Origin: an uncultured cyanobacterium | Lineage (GTDB): Bacteria > Cyanobacteriota > Cyanobacteriia > Phormidesmidales > Phormidesmidaceae | Length of the DNA: 64,000 nt | Direction of reading: 5' to 3' | NCBI GenBank assembly: GCA_963799265.1 | Contig: CAWCWM010000016.1 | Span: 66,260-130,259, forward strand | Shown: in pieces, positions 41,536 to 53,495 of the stretch | Layout: the number at the start of each line of letters is the position of its first letter | Position numbering within the stretch: the stretch's first letter is position 1 | The notes under the pieces: generated by a model | The model's database searches: none | Told to the model about the DNA's origin: nothing | Seen by the model: only the letters and a program-made list of their open reading frames with translations | Made by a program: the position numbers and the translations under genes

Positions 41536-43349
41536 ATGAGTGCCTTTAGTCCCTCTGTTAGCTCCACCGTTTCGCTTGAATCTGTTGCAATTGTCGGTAT
41601 TGGCTGTCGCTATCCAGGCGGTGCGGACACGCCGGATGCCTTTTGGCAGATGATTCGTGAGGGTGTGGACAGTGTCACGGAGGTGCCGCGATCGCGCTGG
41701 GATGTAAACCCCATCTACGACCCAGATCCGCACGCGCCCAACAAAACCAACACTCGCTGGGGCGGCTTTCTAGACCAGATAGACCAGTTCGACCCGCAGT
41801 TTTTTGGGATGGCACCGCGTGAGGTGGCTACGATGGACCCGCAGCAGCGGCTGCTGTTGGAGGTGACCTGGGAGGCGCTAGAGGATGCAGGGCAAGTTCC
41901 GGAGGCTTTGCGCGGCTCTAGGACGGGTGTGTTCATTGGGATTGGCACGCACGACTATTCGATTATGCTGTGGCAGCAGCCGGTGAATGACCCGTACGCG
42001 ACGACGGGGACGGGGAACTGCATCGCGGCGAATCGAATCTCTTATTTGTTTGACTTTAAAGGGCCGAGTCTGGCGGTGGATACGGCCTGCTCTTCGTCTT
42101 TGGTGGCGATTCATCTGGCCTGTCAAAGTCTGTGGACGGGTGAGTCGGAGATGGCGATCGCAGGCGGTGTGAATGTGCTGCTGCTGCCGACGGTGACGGC
42201 GGGCTTTTCTAAGGGCGGCTTTATGTCTGGCGATGGCCGCTGCAAGAGCTTTGATGCGAGTGCGGATGGCTATGTGCGCAGTGAGGGGGCGGGCGTTGTG
42301 GTGCTAAAGCCGCTGTCGAAGGCTTTGGCCGATGGCGATCCGGTGTATGCGGTGATTCGCGGCAGTGCGGTGAATCAGGACGGCTTTAGTCAGGGGATGG
42401 CAGCGCCGAATCCAGAGGCGCAGACGGCGGTACTGCGAGAGGCGTATCGGCTGGCGCAAGTTGATCCGGCGACGGTTAATTATATAGAGGCGCACGGGAC
42501 GGGGACGAAGCTGGGCGATCCGATTGAGGCGCAGGCGCTAGGAGCGGTGCTGTCGGCGGGGCGCGGACTTGAGCAGGCTTGTCCGATTGGGTCGGTAAAG
42601 ACTAATTTTGGTCATACGGAGACGGCGGCGGGCGTGGCGGGCGTGATTAAGGCGGCGCTGATGCTAAAGCATGGGGAAATGCCGCCGAGTTTGCACTATT
42701 CGCAGCCGAATCCGGCGATTGATTTTGCTGAGCTGAGGCTGAAGGTGCAGTCGGCGATCGCACCTCTCCCCCCTAGTTCATACATCGGCGTCAACTCTTT
42801 TGGCTTTGGTGGCACGAATGCCCACACGGTGCTAGCTACTTTCAATGAACAGAACAAAGAGACAGTCGCAGTCCCTGATTCTGCCAGAATTCTAACTATC
42901 TCTGCGAAGAACAAGACGGCTCTAAAAGCGCTGGCACAGGGCTATCTAGACTTATTAGAGAATCAAACGATAGATTTAGGCGCTTTGTGCGTGGCGGCAA
43001 ATACGAGGCGATCGCACTTCTCGCATCGGCTCGCTTGTATCACTGAATCTGTTGATCAACTAAAAGAACAGTTGAGAGACTGGCTGGCGGAGGAAGAAGA
43101 CATTGTTGGGGTTGTCTCTGGCCAGTCGGTTAAGCGTCAGCAGTCTGAAGGAATTGCCTTTCTCTTTACCGGACAGGGCTCACAGTTTATTGGCATGGGC
43201 CGCGAGCTGTACGGGACGCAGCCAGTGTTTCGAGGCGTGCTAAAGCAATGTGCTGAAATCTTGGCTAGAGAAGAAATCGACTTATTAAAGATTCTCTTTG
43301 AGGCGGAAGCGGATGCGATCGACAAACTCAGTTTACTCAGTGTTTTGTT
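41536..43349 (+). pseudogene. First, truncated copy of the PKS (KS + start of AT)
   Basis: DTACSSSL, HGTGT, FLFTGQGSQ, then breaks at the duplication junction. Confidence 0.8.
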
Positions 43350-44590
43350 AGCTCTGGTTTTCTGCCGTTGTCGATGGCGTGACTGTCTCGCTGTTTCAGC
43401 GGGTGCGGGCGCTGAGCAAGCTGGGGCATCAGGTTTTGATTTTGTGCCAGACTATCAGGCGGTGGCGTCGGTGTATCCGGACTGGCGCGATTATCAGGGG
43501 GAGATTCTGCCGGGGGTGCGGGTGGTAAATCTGCCGAGTGAGCCGTTTATGGGGGTGGAGTTTGAGCGGAATTTGAGCGGGAAGGCGAACCGATTGCTAA
43601 ATCAGGAGCTAGCTGCCTTTGAGCCAGAGATTGTGCATGTGGATGAGCCAGACAGGATATTTCTGGGTCTGCTAAAAGCGCCGGGGGTGGCCTATGCGAA
43701 GCAGCACAACATTCCTTGTGTGGGCTTTTATCACACGAATTTTATTGACTATATCGAAGACTTTTTGCCGCTGCCTCGATTTCTGATTGCCTTTTTGCAG
43801 TGGTTTTCGATGCTGTTCATTCGGCCTGTGTTTCACGCGTATGATGCCATCCTCGTGTCTAGTCCGGTGACGCTGGAGAAGATGCAGCAGCTAAAGGTGA
43901 AAAATGTGGTGTGCGATCGCTTTCTAGGCGTAGACCTTCAGGCATTTCAATCACAGCACCGCGATCCTGATTTTTTCTCGCGGACGTACGGAATTGAAGG
44001 GCTGAAAGACAAGACAAAGCTGGTGTTTTTGGGGCGACTGACGCCGGATAAGGGGTGGGGGTTTACGATGCGATCGCTCACCGACTGGGCTACCGATCCG
44101 AACAATGCGCACCTGGTAGACAAAGTTGCGATTATCATCGCGGGCGATGGAGAACTGCGCACTCAAATTCTAGAAAAGCTTCAGCCGCTAGCGATCGCAA
44201 CCGGTTTTTCTATCCATTTGCTTGGACGTATCGCTCCAAACGCTGTGCCCGCACTGCTCACGAACTGCGACATTCACATCACAGCCTCTGAAAAAGAGAC
44301 TTTGGGACTGACCGTGCTAGAAGCGTTTGCAGCCGGTATTCCTGCGATCGCGCCAGCAAAAGGCGGTGTGACTACCCACATTCGCGACGGGAAAAATGGC
44401 CTCTTGTTTGAGCCGCAAGATAGCAGGAGCTTTGGTCAGGCTTCTGACTAGACTGGTGTCAGACGTAGAGCTACAGCACCAGCTAGGACAGCAGGGGCAG
44501 CGGGATGTTGCTGATTATGACTGGGAAAACGTTGTGTCTACACTGCTGTCCACCTGGCAGAATCAGATTTCCTCACACTCTTTGTCTTGA
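43348..44590 (+). pseudogene. Second copy of the GT4 gene, 5'-truncated and frameshifted
   Basis: Lacks the first codons; C-run deletions near 43367 and 43449; extra T near 44443. Confidence 0.8.
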
Positions 44591-44644
44591 CATTACCTAT
44601 CTCTCAGCATTACTACATAGAGAAGTTCGATATGTGTCACCCGC

Positions 44645-47600
44645 ATGAGTGCCTTTAGTCCCTCTGTTAGCTCCACCGTTTCGCTTGAATCTGTTGCAAT
44701 TGTCGGTATTGGCTGTCGCTATCCAGGCGGTGCGGACACGCCGGATGCCTTTTGGCAGATGATTCGTGAGCGGTGTGGACAGTGTCACGGAGGTGCCGCG
44801 ATCGCGCTGGGATGTAAACCCCATCTACGATCCAGATCCGCACGCGCCCAACAAAACCAACACTCGCTGGGGCGGCTTTCTAGACCAGGTAGACCAGTTC
44901 GACCCGCAGTTTTTTGGGATGGCACCGCGTGAGGTGGCTACGATGGACCCGCAGCAGCGGCTGCTGTTGGAGGTGACCTGGGAAGCGCTAGAGGATGCAG
45001 GGCAAGTTCCAGAGACTTGGCGCGGCTCTAGGACGGGTGTGTTCATTGGGATTGGCACGCACGACTATTCGATTATGCTGTGGCAGCAGCCGGTGAATGA
45101 CCCGTACGCGACGACGGGGACGGGGAACTGCATCGCGGCGAATCGAATCTCTTATTTGTTTGACTTTAAAGGGCCGAGTCTGGCGGTGGATACGGCCTGC
45201 TCTTCGTCTTTGGTGGCGATTCATCTGGCCTGTCAGAGTCTGTGGACGGGTGAGTCGGAGATGGCGATCGCAGGCGGTGTGAATGTGCTGCTGCTGCCGA
45301 CGGTGACGGCGGGCTTTTCTAAGGGCGGCTTTATGTCTGGCGATGGCCGCTGCAAGAGCTTTGATGCGAGTGCGGATGGCTATGTGCGCAGTGAGGGGGC
45401 GGGCGTTGTGGTGCTAAAGCCGCTGTCGAAGGCTTTGGCCGATGGCGATCCGGTGTATGCGGTGATTCGCGGCAGTGCGGTGAATCAGGACGGCTTTAGT
45501 CAGGGGATGGCAGCGCCGAATCCAGAGGCGCAGACGGCGGTACTGCAAGAGGCGTATCGGCTGGCGCAAGTCGATCCGGCGGCGGTTAATTATATAGAGG
45601 CGCACGGGACGGGGACGAAGCTGGGCGATCCGATTGAGGCGCAGGCGCTAGGAGCGGTGCTGTCGGCGGGGCGCGGACTTGAGCAGGCTTGTCCGATTGG
45701 GTCGGTAAAGACTAATTTTGGTCATACGGAGACGGCGGCGGGCGTGGCGGGCGTGATTAAGGCGGCGCTGATGCTAAAGCATGAGGAAATGCCGCCGAGT
45801 TTGCACTATTCGCAGCCGAATCCGGCGATTGATTTTGCTGAGCTGAGGCTGAAGGTGCAGTCGGCGATCGCACCTCTTCCCCCTAGTTCATACATCGGCG
45901 TCAACTCCTTTGGCTTTGGTGGCACGAATGCCCACACGGTGCTAGCTACTTTCAATGAACAGAACAAAGAGACAGTTGCAGTCCCTGATTCTGCCAGAAT
46001 TCTAACTATCTCTGCGAAGAACAAGACGGCTCTAAAAGCGCTGGCACAGGGCTATCTAGACTTGTTAGAGAATCAAATAGATCTAGGCGCTTTATGCGTG
46101 GCGGCCAATACGAGGCGATCGCACTTCTCGCATCGGCTCGCTTGTATCACTGAATCTGTTGATCAACTAAAAGAACAGTTGAGAGACTGGCTGGCGGAGG
46201 AAGAAGACATTGTTGGGGTTGTCTCTGGCCAGTCGGTTAAGCGTCAGCAGTCTGAAGGAATTGCCTTTCTCTTTACCGGACAGGGCTCACAGTTTATTGG
46301 CATGGGCCGCGAGCTGTACGAGACGCAGCCAGTGTTTCGAGGCGTGCTAAAGCAATGTGCTGAAATCTTGGCTAGAGAAGAAATCGACTTATTAAAGATT
46401 CTCTTTGAGGCGGAAGCGGATGCAATCGATCAAACCCAGTTTACTCAGCCCGTTTTGTTCTCGTTTGAATATGCGCTGGCTAAGCTATGGCAATCTTGGG
46501 GAATTGAGCCTGCTGTGGTGCTAGGTCATAGTCTGGGTGAATATGTGGCTGCTTGCGTGGCAGGTGTGTTTAGCCCGGAAGATGGGCTGAAGCTGGTTAC
46601 GGCGAGAGGGCGGCTGATGCAGGCGTTGCCAGCAGGTGGCGCGATGCTGTCGGTGATGGCGGATGTGTCGCGGTGTGAGCGGCTGATTGCTGGGCAGGCG
46701 GCTGAGATTGCGGCGGTGAATGGGCCACAGAGTACGGTGCTGTCGGGGGATGCAGATGCGATCGCCCACCTCGCTCACCAGCTAGAACAACAGTCGATCA
46801 AATCGAAGCCGCTGGTAGTTTCTCATGCGTTTCACTCTGCGCGGATGGAGCCGATGCTGAATGACTTTCGAGCGGTAGCAGAGTCTGTTGCTTTTCGGCT
46901 GCCGACGCTGCCGATTATCTCTATGCTGACTGGGGAACTGGCCACCGCAGAGATGGCGACGGCTGACTATTGGGTGCAGCATGTGCGATCGCCTGTCCAA
47001 TTCTTTGACGCGATCAAGGCGCTTTACCAACAGGGTGAGAAGACTTTCTTAGAGATTGGATCGAAGCCAATTCTATTAGGCATGGGTCGAGGCTGCTTGC
47101 CGAACGTGGAAGACGTGCAGTGGCTAGCTAGTTTGCGTCCTAGTCTGTCAGATAAAATCGCCATTCTCAACACTTTAGCCGCGCTCTATGTTCAGGGAGA
47201 GAAGATTAGCTGGCACTCAGTAGAGCCAGAAATCAACATTAAAGGACTGCGCGTTTCGCTACCCACCTATCCCTTCCAAAGACAGCGCTACTGGTGGGAT
47301 GAGGCCAGTATTCCTAGCATGGAGCCCAAAAAGGCGCAGGCTTCGGCTCTAGAAAGAGCAACAGAGTCATCCATTACTGGGCAACTATCTACCGCTGGCT
47401 GGCTCTAAAGAGAAACATTTTCAAAGTCGGATCAGCGCTCATCCTGACTATTTGAGAGACCATTGCATTCTAGGACAGGTGGTTTTGCCGGGGGCGGCTT
47501 ATGTAGAGATGGCGATCGCTGCCGCTCAGCAGTGGCAAGACTCGATCGAACTTACCTTAAAAGAAGTAACAATCGAAAAGGCACTTACTTTTCCAACAGA

Positions 47601-50600
47601 GCACAAAGAGACCACGCTACAGATAGCATTAGTTCCAGACGGCCCGGCACAGGCGACTATTCAAATATTTAGCTTATTGTCTACGGCTGACGAAACTGCT
47701 ACGAGACATGCTAGAGCGACAGTTGTTCTTGGGAGAGCAGCAGGTGAAACAGCGACTGGCGAGAAACCTCTGCTCGCTAGCTATCAGACTGAGCTGCTGG
47801 CCTATCCTGTTGCGATCGCACCCTACTACCAAACCCTTAGCAACCAAGGCTTACATTACGGCCCCAGCTTCCAAGTCATCCAGCAGCTGTGGCAGAAACC
47901 AGGACAAGCCCTCAGCCAAATCCGGTTAGCAGAAGACAGTCTAGTCGATAAATCCTACGCCCTCCATCCCGCTCTACTAGATGGCTGCTTCCAAACCATC
48001 GGTGCTGCCGTCCAAGCAAACTCGGAAGGCACCTACCTACCCGTAGGTCTAGATCAGCTCGAGTTCTACAGTCCTTTACAGCAGTCCGGCTGGTGCGCTG
48101 TCAAGCTGCAACAGAGTAAATCGAACCAGAATGGCTCGATGTCGAAAACGCTCAAGGCCGATCTGTTCATCTGGGACGAGGTTGGAACGCTCGCCGCACA
48201 AATCACCGGCATGACGCTCAAGTACGTCAGAAATTCTACTCTACAGCGGCTTTTTGGGATTTCAAAGAATCAGCCGCTCGTCCGTCAGCCAGAGGTTGTT
48301 CAAACCAATTCGCATGGATGGCTACATGAACTCGTTTGGCAGACCGTCCCAAATACTCAATCCAGTTCGCCACCAAAACAAAGCTCGAAACAAAAGCCAA
48401 AGGTCTGGCTGCTTTTCTCGGATAAACAGGGTTCAAATAGCCAAGGCATCAGCGAGCAGCTTACAATAGAACTAGAGAAGCGAGGCGATCGCGTTCTCAA
48501 GATTGCGATCGCCAACAGCTATGCACCTGATCCCGATAGCAACACCTACGCCCTCGATCCAACAGATCCGGACTCATTCAACCAGCTTTTTACCGATCTC
48601 ATTCCCATTCTCGTCGCCGAGAACCAGGGCGAGCTAGCCTGCCAAATTGTCTATCTATGGGCATTAGACGCCAAAGAACAAACTACAGAAGCGCTTGCAG
48701 AACAAAAAAGAACCTGCGGTAGTCTGCTGCATCTCACACAGACTCTGATCCAGTTTCCCGCTTTGCGCGCGCGTTTATGGCTCTTGACTCAAAACGCACA
48801 ATTCATCGATACCCCGACGCCGCTCAATCTTCAGCAGTCGCCGCTGTGGGGACTAGCGCGCACCCTACGCCTAGAGCAGCCTGACTTGGGCTGCACATCT
48901 ATCGATTTGTCGAACTCGTTTACCACCAAGGAAATAGAGCTGCTGCTACAGGACTTCTGCCACCCCGACGCAGAAGAACAGATCGCCTACCGTCAAGATA
49001 ATCGCTTTGTCGCCAGACTCCTACCGCAGGACAAAGCACCCCAACCGCTGACAAAACCAGAAAGCTCCGCCTTTCGCCTCGGCCTTTCTAGCTATGGCGT
49101 CTTGGACGATCTCGCTTTGTTCCCTGTAGAAAGACAGACGCCCAATGCTGGGGAAATTGAGATTCAGGTGAAAGCGTCGGGCCTGAACTTTCGCGATGTG
49201 TTGAATGCGCTAGGAATGCTTCAAGACGTTTTAGAAGAGATGGGCTTTTCAGCGCCGACTGAGGTGCCCTTTGGCGGTGAGTGCGCTGGGGTGGTGACGG
49301 CGATTGGAACAGGCGTAGAGAACATCAAGGTAGGCGACGAAGTGATTGCGGCTCAGGCGGTGGGCAGCTTGCGACAGTTTGTTACTGTACCCGCAGACTT
49401 TGTTGTGGCTAAGCCGGTTTCGATGAGCTTTGCGGCAGCGGCGACGGTGCCGACGGCATTCTTGACGGCCTATTATGGCTTGGTGCACTGTGCGGGACTG
49501 AAGGCGGGCGATCGCATCCTCATCCATTCAGCCGCTGGCGGCGTCGGTCAGGCCGCTGTACAAATCGCTCAGTCTATCGGCGCTGAAGTTTTTGCCACCG
49601 CTAGCCCACCGAAATGGGATTTTTTGCAGTCGATGGGCATTCAACAGGTGATGAACTCGCGCACGCTTGATTTTGCTGAGGAAATTCTGGCAATCACCAA
49701 CGGAAAAGGCGTTGACGTTGTCTTCAACAGCCTTAATGGAGAATTCATCGACAAAAGCGTTGAAGTTTTAGCGCCGCAGGGTCGGTTTGTTGAAATTGGC
49801 AAGATCGGCATCTGGAATGCTGAAAAGATGAGTCAGGTCCGAGCTGACGTTGGTTACTTTCCTTTTGATCTGTTGGAAGTATCGACCGAACAGCCACAGC
49901 TAATTGCTCAGCTTTTGAGCGATCTGATGGCGCAGTTCGAGGCGCAGCAGTTGCGACCCTTGCCCAAGACTGTTTTTCCGATAGAATCTGCCCCTGACGC
50001 CTTTCGATACATGGCCCAGGCAAGGCACATCGGCAAAGTGGTGCTGACTTTGAGCGCGATCGCACCCCACCAACCCCTGATCAACCCGAGGCCGCTTATC
50101 TCGTAACCGGTGGACTAGGCGCATTAGGCTTAAAAGTAGCTCAGTGGCTAGCTGAACAAGGCGCGGAGCATTTGATTTTGTTGGGACGGCAATCGCCCAC
50201 CGCAGCCGCCCAGACAGCTATCGAAAAACTCCAACAGTCCGGCACGGTTGTTCAACTTGTACAGGCCGATATCGCTAATCAGTCTGATCTCAAATCCGCG
50301 CTATCGCCTTATCTCTCAGCGGATGCTAGTTTGCCACTCAAAGGCGTTTTTCATTTAGCAGGCACCTTGGAAGACGGCCTGCTGATCAATCAATCCTGGC
50401 AAAACTTTGCCAAAGTCATGAGCCCGAAGCTGACAGGCGCTTGGAATCTGCATGTGCTAACGCAGTCTTTAGACCTCGATCACTTCGTTTGTTTCTCTTC
50501 TATTGTTTCTCTGATGGGTTCACTGGGCCAAAGCAACTACGCCGCCGCCAACACGTTTCTAGACAGCCTTGCCCACCATCGTCAGAGCCTGGGCCTGCCT

Positions 50601-52540
50601 GCTCTTAGCCTAAACTGGGGACCGTGGGCGGATGCTGGCATGGTCGCCAAGCTAGACGAGCGCAGCCAAAATCGAATGGCAGACCAGGGGCTGACGCAAA
50701 TCTCGCCCGAAGTCGGACTACAGATGATGGCTGGCGCGATGACGCAATCTAGGCCACAGGTTGGCATCGTGCCGATTGACTGGGGCAAATTCATGGCATC
50801 TGCGGGTGGACAGGCCAGCGGCGCAAGCTCACCTTTGCTCTCTGCGCTCAAACCAGCGGCGGCTGAACCCACTGCCCGTAAGCATTCAGACGTATTGCAA
50901 CAGCTAGCGAGAAGTGAAGCAGGCGATCGCACCAGATGCTTGCTGCCTACTTACAATTACAGCTTGCCAAAGTGATGGGCTTTAGCTCACCCGAGGTCAT
51001 TAATCCCAACGAACAGTTTGGCGATCTGGGCATGGATTCTCTAATGGCTGTGGAGTTTAGTAATCGTCTGCAAAAGAATCTGAACTATCCCATTCCTCAG
51101 ACGTTGGCGTTTGACTATCCTACGTTAATGCTCTGGCAGTATATTTGCAGAGAAGATTTCGCCTGAGCTAGCATCTGTTGTTCAAAAGGAAACGTTAGCT
51201 CCTGAAGAAGAACCCGTGAGTTTATCTATGCCTGCTGAGCAAAGAGAGATTGCTAAAGAGAGCGACCATAACGGCAGTGGCAACGGTCAACGGCTAGTTT
51301 TTCAGGATTTGCCTACGTACGATCCACCTGCTGAGCACTACAAATTCTCTCAGATGCCTGACTATCGCCGCCTGCGTCAGGATCTCGATCGGGTAGAAGA
51401 TTTGGGCAATCCTTTCTTTGTTGTGCATGAGGGGACGGCGAAAGATACGACGCGAATTGACGGGCGATCGCTCATCAACTATGCCAGCTACAACTATCTA
51501 GGACTCTCCGGCGATCCAAGGCTGAACAAGGCGGCGCACAGCGGGCGATCGCACAATATGGCACCTCAGTCTCCGCTAGCCGTGTCGTCTCGGGTGAACG
51601 CCCCGTCCATCAACAGCTAGAGCAAGGACTAGCCAACTTCCTCGGCACCGAAGACTGCATCACCTACATCGGTGGCCATGCTACCAACGTCACCACCATC
51701 GGCCACCTCTTTCAGGAGAAAGACCTGATTTTGTACGACGCACTCAGTCACAACAGCATCCGCGAAGGCTGCAACCTCGCCGGGGCAACGGCGATGGAGT
51801 TTCCTCATAATGACTGGCAGGCTTTATCAAGATTGTTGCAGCAGCACCGACGCAACTACGAGAAAGTATTAATTGCTATCGAAGGCGTGTACAGCACCGA
51901 TGGCGACCTAGCGCCGCTGACCGAGTTCGTAAGGCTAAAGCAAGAATATAAAACCTTTCTCCTAGTAGACGAAGCGCATTCTATCGGCGTGTTGGGTAAA
52001 ACTGGGCGCGGCGTCGGTGAACATTTTGGCGTGGATTCTCAAGCCGTAGATATGTGGATGGGCACGCTGAGCAAATCTTTTGCCAGCTGCGGCGGATACA
52101 TCGCGGGCTGCTCGGAACTGGTGGAATATCTAAAGTACACCGCGCCGGGATTTGTGTTTAGCGTGGGGATGGCTCCGGCGAATGCAGCGGCGGCGCTGGA
52201 GGCCCTGCGGATCATGCAGCAGGAACCGGACCTGATTGCGCAGGTGCAACAAAAGTCGAAACTCTTCTTAACGCTGGCTCAAGAGCAAGGATTGAATACC
52301 GGAAATAGTCATGATTCGCCGGTGATTCCGGTGATTGTAGGCGAGCCGTACAAGGCGGTGCAGCTGTCGCACACGCTGTTTCAGCAGGGGATTAATGTAC
52401 AGCCCATGGTGTATCCGTCAGTGCCGTACGATGCGGCGAGGCTAAGGTTCTTCCTCAGCTCTTTGCATACGGAAGCGCAGATTCGGCAGACGGTGAAAGT
52501 GGTGGCGGATGAGCTGAGGGTGTTGAATGCGATCGCGTAA
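44645..52540 (+). CDS. Type I PKS KS-AT-DH-ER-KR-ACP fused to a C-terminal PLP-dependent alpha-oxoamine synthase (AONS/SPT family); at least 7 apparent frameshifts
   Basis: KS DTACSSSL/HGTGT/GH; AT GHSLG and HAFH; DH DHCILGQVVLP; ER IHSAAGGVG; KR VTGGLGALG and QSNYAAAN; ACP GMDSL; AOS YASYNYLGL, DALSHNS, EGVYSTDGD, DEAHS, GTLSK; protein-like sense resumes across each break after a 1-2-nt shift. Confidence 0.85.
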
Positions 52541-52558
52541 CCGTCAGATGTCGACTGG

Positions 52559-52732
52559 TAGCGTGAGTTGCGGACCCACCCCGCCCTGCGGGCACCCCTC
52601 CGAGGAGGGGATTTACTTCAGGCGATGACAGTTGGGGGATCTACCTCGACCCTCAAACATCACATAGCCGGAACAAATCCCCTCCTCGGAGGGGTGGCAC
52701 GCAGTGACGGGGTGGGTCCGCAACCTATGCTA
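52559..52732. mobile_element. Non-autonomous long inverted-repeat element (MITE/REP-like)
   Basis: ~48-50-bp arms gttgcggacccacccc...gaggaggggattt / aaatcccctcctc...ggggtgggtccgcaac around a 60-bp core. Confidence 0.65.
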
Positions 52733-52807
52733 TAGCCAATATCTCATAGCTGTCTCATAGCTGTATATACGCCACAGACGACAGCAAAAGCCTAGCGATA
52801 AGAACAA

Positions 52808-52837
52808 CAAAAAAGGAGATGACAATTGCCATCTCCT
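52808..52837 (-). terminator. Intrinsic terminator of the 52880-53245 gene
   Basis: aggagatg/catctcct stem followed by a T-run on the minus strand. Confidence 0.7.
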
Positions 52838-52879
52838 GTAATCTCCCTGCACAGAAGAAAATTTGGTGCTGTTAGCGCA

Positions 52880-53245
52880 TCACACGGGCGTTGATTCCGT
52901 GGCGGACTGAGCTTTTGGCCGCCGTCGCTCGCTCTGACGGGTACCGCCGACCATTTCGTATTCGCTGCTGTCTTTGCCGTACTTGAGCTTGACGGCGAGC
53001 AGGACGTTTTCGGCAGCTACAGACAGCTCTTTTTCTAGACTTTGGACATTGTTGGCAGCATCGTCTACTTTCGAGAGCAGTGTGTTGTAGGCTTCGACCT
53101 TCTGACGAAATTCGGTGATTTCTTTCTCGTAGGCGGCGACGGTCAGGCCGTTGCCCAGGTCGACTTTGGGATCAATAGATTTGAGGCCAGCGAGTCGCTT
53201 TTGGGCTTTGTTCAAAGTTGCAGATTGTTTCTTGCGTCTTGCCAT
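52880..53245 (-). CDS. Small coiled-coil hypothetical protein (MARRKK...LGNGLT...YGKDSSEYEMVGG family)
   Basis: Likely ATG 53245; amphipathic helices; I recall the family from cyanobacterial genomes; function unknown. Confidence 0.75.
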   Translation of the reverse strand: MARRKKQSATLNKAQKRLAGLKSIDPKVDLGNGLTVAAYEKEITEFRQKVEAYNTLLSKVDDAANNVQSLEKELSVAAENVLLAVKLKYGKDSSEYEMVGGTRQSERRRPKAQSATESTPV

Positions 53246-53495
53246 AATGCGCCTTTTGGATAGATGGATAGAAGTTGAACGGGATGTGGAATAGCGATCG
53301 CTGTTTTTATTGCGAGCAGTTGAACAGGGGGGTTCGTTGTCTGAAGCTGATGACAGCGATCGCGCTTTCACTGACATAAAGGTGCCCGATTGCTGTGACA
53401 AAAAGAACAGTGTTTTCTAAGGGCGATTACAGATAATTTTGATATCTAGAGAAATATTTTGGAGAATTGACCGTGTGATTACGGAATGGAGAAGA

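Larger units (their letters stand above)
40238..46459. repeat. Tandem duplication of ~3.11 kb (40238-43349 and 43348-46459) covering GT4 and the 5' part of the PKS
   Basis: Both copies are directly alignable; junction ttttgtt|agctctgg; scattered, often synonymous substitutions plus 1-nt indels. Confidence 0.95.

Noticed and set aside
41536-44451. 971-aa KS-AT-glycosyltransferase fusion ORF as a novel enzyme
   Set aside because: It arises at the tandem-duplication junction. The linker is out-of-frame GT sequence, the GT frame is reached only through homopolymer deletions, and the AT lacks its GHSLG active site.
50936-52540. ACP-AOS as saxitoxin sxtA
   Set aside because: SxtA has methyltransferase and GNAT domains before ACP-AONS; here they are preceded by a KS-AT-DH-ER-KR module, and no other sxt genes are present.
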